Shown here one piece after another: positions 48,067-58,360 of a stretch of 64,000 bases of DNA; the first letter of the stretch is position 1, and each line of letters opens with the position of its first letter. A model generated the notes under the pieces. It saw nothing but the letters and a program-made list of their open reading frames with translations. It was not told the DNA's origin and did no database searches. Source of the DNA: an uncultured Acidobacteriota bacterium. GTDB lineage: Bacteria > Acidobacteriota > UBA6911. The position numbers and the translations under genes are program-made. Location: positions 480,001 to 544,000 of the forward strand of contig CAWEJX010000007.1 in NCBI GenBank assembly GCA_963809485.1, in the 5' to 3' direction.

Positions 48067-49122
48067 GTGCGCTTCAATGCCTATGTCCCCGGCCTGCGGG
48101 CGGAACCGCACTTGCCAGATTCGCTTGAAGCAACCCTACCCAGGCTCGGCATCACGACCGGCGACCCGGCCGGCATAGGACCTGAGATATCCTTGCGGGC
48201 AGCCCGGGAGGATTGTTTCCGCGGTGTATGCCATAAGATACTCTTCGGAAGCTGGGATGTCCTGCGTTCCCGAGCCGCAGTTCTGGGTTTGCCCTTCGAT
48301 TTTGTCAAACTTCCTATCACAGCCCTGGATTCCGGGGATCGCCTTCCGGAATGCAGCATCGTCGATATTCCCGCTGAAGAGGTACGCCCCGGCGTCGGTT
48401 CCATAAAGACGGGTGCCGCCGCCGCGAAGAATATTGTCGAATGCGCCGAAGCCTGCCGCAGACAGCTTCTCGACGCGATGGTCACGGCGCCCCTGAACAA
48501 GAAGTTTTTCCAGGAAGCAGGGTATGCCTTTCCCGGGCATACCGAATTCCTGGCTCATCTGGCAGGCGTGCGGGAATTTGCGATGGGATTCCTGACCGAT
48601 CGTCTCAGGGTTGTCCTGGCTACCATACACATCCCTTTGAGCGCTGTCGTCCGGGAGATTACGCCCGGGCTGGTATACGAAAAACTACGAATCATTGTTA
48701 GCGAATTCCCCCGAATGAGACTGGCTTGCGGCAGAATCGCCGTCGCGGGGATCAATCCGCATGCGGGAGAATCCGGCATCCTGGGTCATGAAGAGATGGA
48801 ACTCGTGGAGCCTGCCATTCGACGAGCCCGTATGGATTTTCCCGGCACAAGCATCGACGGGCCGCTTCCGGCCGACACTCTTTTCTGGCGCGCCTACAAT
48901 GGCGAATTCGACGTCGTTCTGGCCATGTACCACGACCAGGGTTTGGGGCCCATCAAGCTGATTGGCTTCGGCGAGGCGGTGAACGTTACCCTGGGACTTC
49001 CCTTCATACGCACATCCGTGGATCACGGCACCGCTTTCGATATCGCGGGCAAAGGCATTGCCCGGCCTGACAGCATGATGACGGCGATCCGCTGGGCTCT
49101 GCGCCTGCTGCCCGCCCGGTAA
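48067..49122 (+). CDS. pdxA: 4-hydroxythreonine-4-phosphate dehydrogenase
   Basis: GDPAGIGPE, TAPLNK, GHTEFL, NPHAGE, MYHDQG, RTSVDHGTAFDIAG. Confidence 0.96.
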   Translation: MRFNAYVPGLRAEPHLPDSLEATLPRLGITTGDPAGIGPEISLRAAREDCFRGVCHKILFGSWDVLRSRAAVLGLPFDFVKLPITALDSGDRLPECSIVDIPAEEVRPGVGSIKTGAAAAKNIVECAEACRRQLLDAMVTAPLNKKFFQEAGYAFPGHTEFLAHLAGVREFAMGFLTDRLRVVLATIHIPLSAVVREITPGLVYEKLRIIVSEFPRMRLACGRIAVAGINPHAGESGILGHEEMELVEPAIRRARMDFPGTSIDGPLPADTLFWRAYNGEFDVVLAMYHDQGLGPIKLIGFGEAVNVTLGLPFIRTSVDHGTAFDIAGKGIARPDSMMTAIRWALRLLPAR

Positions 49123-49136
49123 CATCCGTCGCAAAA

Positions 49137-49236
49137 TACGCCGATTTAAGCTGACAATGGCTGACGAACGTCGAAAAACATATATAAATATTTTTTTACA
49201 GCGCACATCGGGTTTTGTCGGCGTTGGTCAGCGTTT
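49137..49236. repeat. tandem-unit palindrome (ACGCCGA/GCTGAC ... GTCGGCGT/TCAGCGT) with AT-rich loop
   Basis: Between convergent pdxA and pepA; similar units occur at about 43600-43670 and 35143-35180. Confidence 0.55.
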
Positions 49237-49277
49237 AAAAGAGCGGCGAATTGTGACCTGGGACAGATGGGAAAGCG

Positions 49278-50765
49278 CTATTCCAGGAGATGCACCAGGG
49301 TCCGCACGCCGAAACCTGTCGCACCCTTGCAGGCAAAAGGCTTGCCGTCATGGTCGAGATCCATGCCCGCGATATCCAGGTGGACCCATGGCGTGTTTTC
49401 CGTGAATTCCTGCAGGAACTTTGCGGCGGTGATGGCTCCCGCCCAGCGGTCTCCGACATTCTTGATGTCGGCGATTTCGCTGCGGATCGCCTTCCGGTAC
49501 TCGTCATCCAGAGGAAGCTGCCACAAGCCTTCGCCGGTTACCCTGCAGTTGGAGCGAAGGCGGCCGATGGTAGTTTGATCGGTGCCGAGCATGCCCGCGT
49601 TCACGTGACCCAGCGCAACCACGCAGGCGCCCGTCAAAGTGGCGATATCGATGATGTTTGTGGCTCCCAGGGTCCGGGCGTATGCCAGGGCATCGGCAAG
49701 GATCAGGCGCCCTTCGGCGTCCGTGTTCACAATCTCGACAGTTTTTCCCAGGTATGATTTGACCACATCCCCGGGTTTGGTTGCCTTGCCGCTGGGCAAA
49801 TTTTCCACCGCGGGTATCAATCCGATCACCGGAACCCGCGGGCGCAGTTGGGCCAGGGCGGTCATGGCACCGAATACTGCGGCGCCGCCGGCCATGTCGG
49901 CCTTCATTTCATCCATTTTCTCGGCGGGCTTGATCGATATGCCCCCGCTGTCGAATGTCACACCCTTTCCCACCAGGGCGAAAAGAGGCCCGCGGCTCCG
50001 CTTCCGAGGCTTCTGCTCAGCGATCCTGAGAATAATCAGCTTGGGCGGCTCCTCGCTGCCGCGGCCAACCGCGAGCAGCGCATTCATCCCCAGCTTTTCC
50101 ATTTCCTCGCGTTCCAGGATCTGCGCGCTCAGGCCCGCCCGGGCCCCTTCCGACGATGCCCGGACGGCGAATTGGGACGGAGTCAGGATATTGGACGGTT
50201 CATTTGCCAGAGTGCGGGCCAGGTTGGTGGCATCGCCCACGATCACGCCGCGCCGGATTGCTTCACGCAGAGCCTCATGGGAACCCTTTTTGTCGAACAA
50301 CAGCCAGAAATTCTCCACATCGCGGGGCTCTCTGTCGCCGGTCTTATAAATGTCGGATTCATAGTTCGCATAGACCGCACCTTCGGCTGAAACCCGTGCG
50401 GATAAATCCGCCGGATGGCTGCCGCGGCAGAAGAAGGCAACCTTCCTGGCGGAGCTCGACCGGGCGACGCGCACCGCGACACCGGCAATTTCGCGCAATC
50501 GGGCAGGTTCGAACTGAGATTTTTTGCCCGCACCCAGCAGAAGCAGGCAGCGTGCCTTCAAGCCCGCGGGCTGATAGACCTTGCAGAATTGATGCAGTTC
50601 CGGCTTGAACTCCCGGGAAGACAGGACCGATCGGACAATTCCGCGCGTGGCCTTGTCCAGGGACTCCAGGGATGAAAAGTCCTTGTTTTCCTCCTCAAAG
50701 ACGGGGAAAGCCAGGATGTCGCACTCGATACTCCTGAAATCCCCGGGTCGAAACTCTATCTGCAT
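49278..50765 (-). CDS. pepA: leucyl aminopeptidase (M17)
   Basis: VGKGVTFDSGG, MKADMAG, NTDAEGRL, ATLTGA, HLDIAG. Confidence 0.97.
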   Translation of the reverse strand: MQIEFRPGDFRSIECDILAFPVFEEENKDFSSLESLDKATRGIVRSVLSSREFKPELHQFCKVYQPAGLKARCLLLLGAGKKSQFEPARLREIAGVAVRVARSSSARKVAFFCRGSHPADLSARVSAEGAVYANYESDIYKTGDREPRDVENFWLLFDKKGSHEALREAIRRGVIVGDATNLARTLANEPSNILTPSQFAVRASSEGARAGLSAQILEREEMEKLGMNALLAVGRGSEEPPKLIILRIAEQKPRKRSRGPLFALVGKGVTFDSGGISIKPAEKMDEMKADMAGGAAVFGAMTALAQLRPRVPVIGLIPAVENLPSGKATKPGDVVKSYLGKTVEIVNTDAEGRLILADALAYARTLGATNIIDIATLTGACVVALGHVNAGMLGTDQTTIGRLRSNCRVTGEGLWQLPLDDEYRKAIRSEIADIKNVGDRWAGAITAAKFLQEFTENTPWVHLDIAGMDLDHDGKPFACKGATGFGVRTLVHLLE

Positions 50766-50949
50766 GGATTTCCTCCAGCTCTGGGAATATTGTGCGAATC
50801 TGCTGCCTGGAAGCGGCGTGCCGGAAGCAGGAAACAGAAATATTTATCGTTTCTCTGCAGCGGCCCTCAATTCATCGGCCATGAATCTTCATATCGACGT
50901 TAAATGTTTTTAACACAATTTTTCCGGCCACAAAATTCCGCACCGAAAC

Positions 50950-51420
50950 CTATCGGCGGTGTTTCATGGCCGCTCTGGCTTCCCGGTCCGCTTCCTTTCG
51001 GCGCTCTGTTTCCCGCTTGTCGATCAGCTTTTTGCCTCTGGCCACGCCGAGCTCAACCTTTATTCTTCCGCGCTTGAGATAAACCCGCAAGGGGACCACC
51101 GTCAACCCTTTTTCCTGTGTTTTGCCTATAAGTTTCCGGATTTCTTTCGTGTGCAGCAGCAGTTTCCGTGATCGAGTCGGATCGTGATTTTCCCGGTTAC
51201 CGTGCGAGTATGGGCTTATGTGGCAGTTGAAGAGAAACGCCTCCCCGGCCTGAACCATTGCGTAACTGTCCTTAAGGTTCAGCCGGCCTTCCCGGATGGC
51301 CTTGACCTCCGTGCCGAGCAGGGCGATGCCAGCCTCGATCTTTTCGAGGATAAAATAGTCGTGGAAAGCCTTCTTGTTTGTGGCCACCACTTTTTCGCCG
51401 GAAGTTTTCCTGTCTGCCAT
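50950..51420 (-). CDS. smpB: SsrA-binding protein
   Basis: [35 protein letters not shown]. Confidence 0.98.
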   Translation of the reverse strand: MADRKTSGEKVVATNKKAFHDYFILEKIEAGIALLGTEVKAIREGRLNLKDSYAMVQAGEAFLFNCHISPYSHGNRENHDPTRSRKLLLHTKEIRKLIGKTQEKGLTVVPLRVYLKRGRIKVELGVARGKKLIDKRETERRKEADREARAAMKHRR

Positions 51421-51517
51421 ATATTCCGCTGCCGGATAAGCGCAGCCCGCAGGCGCGCCTGAAAGCGCTGATTATACTATAAAGCGTATGAGTTGCTAGG
51501 TTTAGATCATTGAAGAC

Positions 51518-52381
51518 CTAATCCGGAATGTAGTTTTTCAGGAGATGGCGCTCGATGTATTCGCGGACTGCGCCTTGCCAGGGCCGCAACGGAGGCACTC
51601 CGTCCCGTTCCAGGCGGGAATTGGCGAGAACCGAATTGGCCGGGCGCAGCGCCGGGCGCGGAAACTCGCGCGTCGATACCGGCGTGACCGGCACGCCCTC
51701 TATTCCCATGAATTCCAAAGCCTTAACCGCCAGATCATACCACGTGCAGAATCCGCTGTTTGTGAGGTGGTAGGTGGACCTGCAGCCTGCTTCTACCATC
51801 CGCAAGGTGTGCGACGCCACGTCCTCGGAAAACGAGGGGCTGCCCCTCTGATCGTTGACCACGCGCAGGGGCGTCCCCTTCCAGGCCAGATCCACGATAG
51901 TTCGGATGAAATTGGGACCATTCCGGCCAAAAAGCCAGGACGTGCGCAGTATCAAGTGGTCCGCACACTGGCGGCGCACAAGCTCCTCGCCCCGGAGTTT
52001 GGATTTTCCGTATACGCTTTGCGGATTCGGGGCATCCCCCTCCAGGTATGCTCCCACCTTCTGTCCGTCGAAGACGTAATCGGTGCTGTAATGCACCAAT
52101 AAAGCGCCGCATTCGGCTGCTGCCTTGGCCAGATTGCCGGCCCCTTCGCCGTTTACAAGGAACGCTTCCCTCTCGTTGGATTCGCAATAGTCCACCTTGG
52201 TGAGAGCCGCGGCGTTGATCACGGCAGCCGGCCTGAAGTCCTGAATCTGCTCAAGACATTGCTCCGGACGGGTGATATCCATCTCCTGCTGGTCAACGCC
52301 TCGGACTTGATGGCACGATCCGAACCGTGCCATCAGGTCCGAGCCGAGCATTCCCAGGCACCCGACGATCAGAACTTTCAT
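51518..52381 (-). CDS. rfbD: dTDP-4-dehydrorhamnose reductase
   Basis: GCLGMLG, STDYVFDG, YGKSKL.GE, DQRGSP, RPANS. Confidence 0.95.
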   Translation of the reverse strand: MKVLIVGCLGMLGSDLMARFGSCHQVRGVDQQEMDITRPEQCLEQIQDFRPAAVINAAALTKVDYCESNEREAFLVNGEGAGNLAKAAAECGALLVHYSTDYVFDGQKVGAYLEGDAPNPQSVYGKSKLRGEELVRRQCADHLILRTSWLFGRNGPNFIRTIVDLAWKGTPLRVVNDQRGSPSFSEDVASHTLRMVEAGCRSTYHLTNSGFCTWYDLAVKALEFMGIEGVPVTPVSTREFPRPALRPANSVLANSRLERDGVPPLRPWQGAVREYIERHLLKNYIPD

Positions 52382-52420
52382 ATTGAGCCGTTTGGCTATA
52401 AACAGGATGCCATGCACCCA

Positions 52421-52460
52421 TTCGGTGAGGACGGCTCTCCGGAGATCGTCTTCACCGGAA
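52421..52460. repeat. short REP-like hairpin GGTGAGGACGG...TCGTCTTCACC
   Basis: Related to the 35066-35096 hairpin; lies between rfbB and rfbD. Confidence 0.55.
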
Positions 52461-52489
52461 GTAGGCGGCCTTGCGCAGGATGGAGCGGA

Positions 52490-53518
52490 TCAGCGCTCGG
52501 ATAGAGTCTGACGGCGCTGCCGGTACATCCGGTCGTAATACGTCAGGTATTCTCCGCTGCGCACATGTTCCACCCAAACAGAGTTCCGGCAATACCAGTC
52601 GATGGTTTCCTCGAGCCCGGCTTCGAACCGGATCTGGGCGCGCCAGTTCAATTGCTTTTCCAGCCTGGAGGGATCCATGGCGTAGCGCCGGTCGTGCCCC
52701 GGGCGGTCCTCCACAAATGTCAGCAGGTTTTCGTCCTTTTTTAATAGCCGGAGGATGCGGCGCGCAACCTCGAGATTGGGGAGCTCTTGCCTCGATCCGA
52801 TGTTGTATACCTCCCCGGGCTCCCCCTGGTGCAGGACCGCATCGATGGCCGCGCAGTGGTCCCGGACGTGGATCCAGTCGCGCACATTCAGGCCGTCTCC
52901 GTATAGGGGCAGGGGAATTCCCGAAAGGGCGTTGCTGATCAGCAGCGGGATCAGCTTTTCAGGGAACTGGTACGGTCCGTAGTTGTTGGAGCACCGGGTA
53001 ATGATCGCAGGAAAGCCGTGAGTGCGATGATAGCTTCGGACCAGCAAATCCGCCGAAGCTTTGCTGGCTGCGTATGGGCTGTTTGGCTGTATGGCGCTGA
53101 GTTCCGTGAATGCACCCGATGAACCGAGACTGCCGTAAACCTCGTCCGTGGAAATCTGCACGAAACGCCCGGTTTTGTTTTTGCGGCATAACTCCAGGAG
53201 GTTGTGCGTCCCGATGATGTTGGTGCGGATGAACTCCGACGATTGAAGAATGCTGCGGTCCACGTGGGATTCAGCTGCAAAATTGACAATGGCATCCACA
53301 CCGCCGGCAAGAATCCGGCCAACCGCGTCCGCGTCGCAAATGTCCCCCTGGATGAATTGATGGCGCGAATCCTTTTCCAGGCCGGAGAGGTTTTCGAGAT
53401 TGCCGGCGTAGGTGAGCTTGTCGAGGTTCAGCACCCGGTAACCCGGGTGCTTATCGAGCGTGTAACGCACGAAATTGGACCCAATAAAACCGGCGCCTCC
53501 GGTTATTAAAATCCTCAT
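52490..53518 (-). CDS. rfbB: dTDP-glucose 4,6-dehydratase
   Basis: TGGAGFIG, DKLTYAGN, AAESHVDRS, STDEVYG, YAASK, RPGHDRRY. Confidence 0.97.
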   Translation of the reverse strand: MRILITGGAGFIGSNFVRYTLDKHPGYRVLNLDKLTYAGNLENLSGLEKDSRHQFIQGDICDADAVGRILAGGVDAIVNFAAESHVDRSILQSSEFIRTNIIGTHNLLELCRKNKTGRFVQISTDEVYGSLGSSGAFTELSAIQPNSPYAASKASADLLVRSYHRTHGFPAIITRCSNNYGPYQFPEKLIPLLISNALSGIPLPLYGDGLNVRDWIHVRDHCAAIDAVLHQGEPGEVYNIGSRQELPNLEVARRILRLLKKDENLLTFVEDRPGHDRRYAMDPSRLEKQLNWRAQIRFEAGLEETIDWYCRNSVWVEHVRSGEYLTYYDRMYRQRRQTLSER

Positions 53519-54283
53519 CTAGCTCTCCTGATTCCGGATCGATTGCTCGACCTTTCCCTTTTCCTTCGCCGCGTTCCGGCAGACCAGGTTGGACGCATGC
53601 AGAAGCGATTCGAAAGTCCCGGCATCCGTCCACCAGCCGTCCAGTATGTCGAAATGCATACTGTTGTGGTTTATATAGGCGTTGTTCACGTCGGTGATCT
53701 CGAGCTCCCCCCGTTTCGACGGTTTCAGCGTTTTGATGATCTCGAAGACTTCCGAATCGTACATATAGATGCCTGTTACGGCGTATTTGGAGGCCGGCTT
53801 ATCCGGCTTTTCATCGATCCGCACAATCTGGCTTCCCCGTATCTCCGGGACGCCGAACCGCTGGGGATCCGGGACCTCCTTCAGAAGAATGCGGGCGCCG
53901 GAATTCTGTTTGCGGAAATTCTCGACATAGGGCGAAATCGAGCTTTCCACGATGTTGTCCCCCAGGATGACACAGATAGGATTCTTGTCCGCGAAAAACT
54001 CCGCCAGGGACAATGCGGCTGCAATACCCCCTTCGCCTTCCTGGTAGGCGTAATTGATATGGTTCAGGCCGAATTCCCTGCCGTTTCCCAGAAGGCGCAG
54101 AAAGTCCCCGGCATTCTTCCCCCCGGTGACGATCAGAATGTCACGAATGCCTGCCTCCACCATCCTTTCGATGGGATAGTAGATCATCGGTCTGTCGTAA
54201 ATCGGCAGCAGATGCTTGTTGGTTACCTTCGTGAGCGGGTAAAGCCTCGTCCCCAGCCCTCCCGCCAGCACAATTCCTTTCAT
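53519..54283 (-). CDS. rfbA: glucose-1-phosphate thymidylyltransferase (short RfbA/SpsI type)
   Basis: LAGGLGTRLYPLT, PMIYYP, LGDN, RGELEITD, WTDAGT. Confidence 0.93.
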   Translation of the reverse strand: MKGIVLAGGLGTRLYPLTKVTNKHLLPIYDRPMIYYPIERMVEAGIRDILIVTGGKNAGDFLRLLGNGREFGLNHINYAYQEGEGGIAAALSLAEFFADKNPICVILGDNIVESSISPYVENFRKQNSGARILLKEVPDPQRFGVPEIRGSQIVRIDEKPDKPASKYAVTGIYMYDSEVFEIIKTLKPSKRGELEITDVNNAYINHNSMHFDILDGWWTDAGTFESLLHASNLVCRNAAKEKGKVEQSIRNQES

Positions 54284-54407
54284 GAGCTGAACCTCGTGTC
54301 CTTTACGTATTCCGGATCAAGCTGCAGCTCGTCCGAATAATGCCGCTACTATATCACAACGCCCCGGATGGCCGTTTTGCGGGATCGGGCATATCCTTTC
54401 CACCGCT

Positions 54408-55160
54408 CTATCGGCTCTTGATGCGCAATTCATGGAGTTTGGCATATTTGAAAAAAACCGAAACCGCACCCATGACGGCCACCGTGAAGCCCGGCATTCC
54501 GTCCATGAATCCGCGCTTCAGCAGGTAAGCCTTTATAAATGCGGCTGCCGTATTCCCTGTCAGGTTCAGAAAAGTGGCCGTCTTTCCCTTTTGCTCATAA
54601 TCCAGCGCCGCCAGCGTCGAGTAGGTCTCCAGGCGTTTCAGATAATCGGACAGGCTGCGGTAGGTGTAATGATAGATTTCCCCGTTCAGGATTTCCGGCT
54701 TTCCTCTCATCCTGAATGATTCGTGCACGCGGCCGCCTTCCCATTTGCCGAACCTGCGGTCGAACAGCCGCAGCTGGTAATCCGGATACCAGTCGCCGTG
54801 ACGAATCCAGCGTCCCATGAAAAATGCGACGCGCGGAATTTTATATCCCCGCCCGGAGAATCCCCTGCGGACCAGGTCCTGGATTTCGGTGCGAAGCTCC
54901 GGGCTGGATCTTTCATCGGCATCAAGCGAAAAGACCCAGTCGTTTGCGGCCTTCTCAACGGCGAAATTTTTCTGATCGGCATATCCGGTCCAGTCCCTGT
55001 GGTAAATCCTGTCTGTGAATTGCCCGCAGATTTCCAGAGTGGAGTCGCTGCTTCCGCTGTCCACTACCACGATTTCGTCCGCCCAGGAGACGGATTCCAG
55101 CGCTGCGGCGATGTTGCGCTCTTCGTTAAAGGTGATCAGGGTGGCCGAAATAGCCTGCAT
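54408..55160 (-). CDS. GT2 glycosyltransferase (WaaE/KdtX-like)
   Basis: ITFNEERNI, VVDSGSSD, QKNFA, LDADE, YPDYQLRLF, VHE. Confidence 0.92.
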   Translation of the reverse strand: MQAISATLITFNEERNIAAALESVSWADEIVVVDSGSSDSTLEICGQFTDRIYHRDWTGYADQKNFAVEKAANDWVFSLDADERSSPELRTEIQDLVRRGFSGRGYKIPRVAFFMGRWIRHGDWYPDYQLRLFDRRFGKWEGGRVHESFRMRGKPEILNGEIYHYTYRSLSDYLKRLETYSTLAALDYEQKGKTATFLNLTGNTAAAFIKAYLLKRGFMDGMPGFTVAVMGAVSVFFKYAKLHELRIKSR

Positions 55161-55227
55161 GGAGCCCGATTTTATCATGGGATAAGGGATTTTCCTGATT
55201 TCAATATAAATCGTGCAAATGAAGATC

Positions 55228-55296
55228 TCACGCGGAGGCGCGGAGCTCATGGAGCACAATAATCCAAACCCCCGCGAGCTCCGCGTCTCCGCGTGA
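55228..55296. repeat. tandem-unit palindrome TCACGCGGAGGCGCGGAG...CTCCGCGTCTCCGCGTGA
   Basis: Inverted pair of tandem CGCGGAG units between two GT2 genes. Confidence 0.7.
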
Positions 55297-55387
55297 TACT
55301 GTATTACGCCGCAGCTATCCCACGCCGGGACATCTGTTGCGTTTTTTCCAATAATGTCGGAGGGCTCTCGAGAACCGTTGCCGCAGG

Positions 55388-56374
55388 TCAGGAATCGCGG
55401 GGAGCGATGGGCGCCGTATTGTAGAAGTGCTCCAGCAGGCGGAGCAACTCGCGGTCGGAACGCACGGCGGTCCGGCGGTTTTCCCTTCGCTTGCGGATTA
55501 CGGCCGGAAGGTTTGCCAGACCGGTGAAGACAGCCCAGTAGAAGGGCCAGTCCAAGCACATCCAGCTCATGAGCATCCGCCCTGCCAGAGAGGCCAGGTG
55601 CGAGCCGAACATGCCCTTGTCGTGGAGCAGAAGCCAGTGCATCACGATGCGGCTTCGGCGCGAAAGGCGTTCCAGGGATCGGCGTTTGTAGCGCCGCTTC
55701 ATCGTCTGGCTGGCATCATGATAGGCGATACTGCGCGGTTCATATTGGATGAGCCAGCCGCGTTTCCAGCCCCGGTAGGAAATTTCAATGTCCTCATACA
55801 TCGCGGTCAAAGGCTCGAATCCGCCGATCTCGAGGAACTTTTCCCGGTCGTAGGTTGAAAAAGCGGCAATTGCTGCGAAGGAAAGAAACGAAGACCCGCC
55901 TCCGTTTTGAGGCGAGCAGTCATAATTCCGGTAATTGCTCCACATGCCGCGGCGGAAACGGGCGATCTTGCCCCCGTTGCAGAAGACATCCCCCTTCTGG
56001 TTGAACATCTTCCCGGTTACGGCAAAAACAGCCGGATCCTTGAAATGGCCGGCCATGGGAGCAATGCAGTCCGCCTCGAGCCGGACGTCGTTGTTGAGCA
56101 GGAGGACTATGGGAAAGCGGGCATGAACAAAGCCCGTCTGGCATGCCGCGCAGAATCCCTGGTTTTGATCATGCTCCACCGCCCGCACTTTCCCGGCATA
56201 ATTCGATTGCAGCCATTGCACGGTGCCATCGCCGCCTGCGTCTTCGACGACAATTATCTCGGTTTCCGCTCCCTGGGCGCTCCGGTAAAGGTCCGAGGCG
56301 GCGATCACCGAGGGAAGGTAGTCCTCCAGCAAATGCCTGCCGCGCCACGTCGGTATGACAATGGATACATTCAT
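55388..56374 (-). CDS. GT2 glycosyltransferase
   Basis: VSIVIPTW, NQGF, LLNND, GGFE...YEDIEISYRGW. Confidence 0.9.
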   Translation of the reverse strand: MNVSIVIPTWRGRHLLEDYLPSVIAASDLYRSAQGAETEIIVVEDAGGDGTVQWLQSNYAGKVRAVEHDQNQGFCAACQTGFVHARFPIVLLLNNDVRLEADCIAPMAGHFKDPAVFAVTGKMFNQKGDVFCNGGKIARFRRGMWSNYRNYDCSPQNGGGSSFLSFAAIAAFSTYDREKFLEIGGFEPLTAMYEDIEISYRGWKRGWLIQYEPRSIAYHDASQTMKRRYKRRSLERLSRRSRIVMHWLLLHDKGMFGSHLASLAGRMLMSWMCLDWPFYWAVFTGLANLPAVIRKRRENRRTAVRSDRELLRLLEHFYNTAPIAPRDS

Positions 56375-56440
56375 ATCAGCCGGGGATGGGACTCCTTTGC
56401 CGGCCCCGCCGGTGAAAAGCCGCCGGAAAGGCGGGACCGC

Positions 56441-58111
56441 TTAGGGAGTTACAGCGGAGATTGCCGGAACCGGCTCCTTGACCCTGAAATCCGTCAGGGT
56501 CGAGATCGTGCGGTTCGCGATTTTATCCTGGATCTTTACTTCCAGAGTGTATTTGCCCGGCGAGATCACGGGTTTCAGCGGGATCTTTCCCAGCAATACC
56601 ACACGCTGTCCGTAGAAAAACTGGGCCGAATTGTCCGCCTGGCCCTTGAACTCCTCCACCACCTTTCCGTCATTCTTGACAATGAACGTTACATCCAGCG
56701 ACGGCTTTTGGCTGGTCTGATCCACGGCCATGTTGTAAATCTGCAAATACGGGATCAGATTCTGGCCGGTCTCAAATTCGGACTTCACGTTGGGCAGGAC
56801 CTTAAGGTCTCCGATGACGTACTGCTCCAGTTGATCGGAGCTGGCAAGGGCCTGCGTGATGGAATTGGCGAGAATGATGGTGCTGGACTGCAAGGCCCCA
56901 TCTTCATACTTCGGTACCGTAAGCCCGAGGCTCATGGGCCCCATATTCTTGCTGTTGGTGTCCTTGAGCACCAGGTCCAGCTTGTACCGCTGCCCGGGCG
57001 GCAGGGCGACGATCTTCTGATATATGGAACGGTTATCCTTCCCCTGCTCGAAATACTGGTCCATATACTCGGTCGTAATGACGTCCTCGAACTCGGACAG
57101 GATGCGTCCCGTAAGGCCAGTCACAATTCCGTAGACATTGACCTCGGCGCGGTTGAAGTCCAGTTCCTTCTTGAACTCCAGGTTCCGGTTGCTGAGTTCA
57201 ATCGTAATCGGCACCAGGACTTTGTCGGCCGAAAGCTTGATGTAGTCGATACGGACCGTGTAGGGCAGCGTGTTATAGGTGATGCGCGTGGTGACGGCGG
57301 CCTTCAGGTCCTCAAACTTGATCTGGGGCGGACGCTGCAGATTGAAGTACTGCTCCATGCGCGAGAAAGGCTGGTCTTTGGCACGCATAAACATGTTCTG
57401 GGGATTGCCGGGATCGTTATAGGCGCTGGGATTATAGTAGGCGCGCTGTGACTTGTCGGACAACCCCATCTCCTCCGCCAGCGTCAGACCGGCGTTCGGG
57501 ACGTTGAGCAATGCATCCTTTTCGTCCGGCGTCATCGCCATACGGTACTCGCCCGTCATGGACGGATCGACAAACTCGATCTCGATGTCGTCTCCGATCC
57601 CCTCAATGTGCCGGTACCACCATTTCTCGAAGGGATATGTCGTGGTTGTGCCGCCGCCTTCGTTGAATGGCCTGTTGTATGCGCCACCCGTCGGGTGCTC
57701 TTCCTTTTCATCCGGCGGACCGTACATGATGTAAATGCGTCCCCGGTCGGTTTTCCAGCCGGGAATGCCCGAAGTGAAGCGTTCGTTGGCGTAGGCGATG
57801 CGTCGATAATGCTCTTCTTTGAAGGAATTGTCGGCGGAGCGGGGATCGGGATCCCTGCGCGCCCAGAACTGCTCGATGAAAGCCTCGCGTTCCTCGTCGT
57901 TCTTGAGGTCCTTGAAGACTTTCCTTTCTTCCTCGGAAATAACGTAAAGAACGTCCTCATTGACCCATTTTTTGTAATATGGCGCCCGGTCGCTATCTTG
58001 GCTGGCGGTCTTCTTTTTTGGCCTGTTCTGAGCCGAAGCCGATGGAAAACCGGCGGCACTCAATCCCAGGCCCAGAGCAACCAGAAACAAAAAAAACCTC
58101 GAGAAACGCAT
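56441..58111 (-). CDS. GWxTD domain-containing exported protein
   Basis: Signal peptide; FIEQFWARRDP...EEHYRRIAYANERF...GWKTDRGRIYIMYGPPD. Confidence 0.92.
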   Translation of the reverse strand: MRFSRFFLFLVALGLGLSAAGFPSASAQNRPKKKTASQDSDRAPYYKKWVNEDVLYVISEEERKVFKDLKNDEEREAFIEQFWARRDPDPRSADNSFKEEHYRRIAYANERFTSGIPGWKTDRGRIYIMYGPPDEKEEHPTGGAYNRPFNEGGGTTTTYPFEKWWYRHIEGIGDDIEIEFVDPSMTGEYRMAMTPDEKDALLNVPNAGLTLAEEMGLSDKSQRAYYNPSAYNDPGNPQNMFMRAKDQPFSRMEQYFNLQRPPQIKFEDLKAAVTTRITYNTLPYTVRIDYIKLSADKVLVPITIELSNRNLEFKKELDFNRAEVNVYGIVTGLTGRILSEFEDVITTEYMDQYFEQGKDNRSIYQKIVALPPGQRYKLDLVLKDTNSKNMGPMSLGLTVPKYEDGALQSSTIILANSITQALASSDQLEQYVIGDLKVLPNVKSEFETGQNLIPYLQIYNMAVDQTSQKPSLDVTFIVKNDGKVVEEFKGQADNSAQFFYGQRVVLLGKIPLKPVISPGKYTLEVKIQDKIANRTISTLTDFRVKEPVPAISAVTP

Positions 58112-58360
58112 GGGGAGACCTCCCTATATTACACTTCCGTAAGGAGATTATAGGTTTTTTAGGCCATTGAGTCAATCTGCGGCCGCCGTTCCCCATTCCC
58201 TCAAGCCGGTCCGGTCGCTTTCTGGAATCTCGAATCGCGGCGTGATCCATATTGAAAATCGGTGCCTGGAATGCGACTATGGACGGCTGCCGGCATGTGC
58301 GAACCTGTGTGCATTTCCCGGCCTGTTATGGATTTTCAAATTATTGGTGAAAGATGACTT

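Noticed and set aside
55907-57451. Long antisense ORFs (514 aa here; also 14211-15668, 22420-23676, 31875-33167)
   Set aside because: Opposite well-supported genes, no recognisable motifs; expected in GC-rich DNA.
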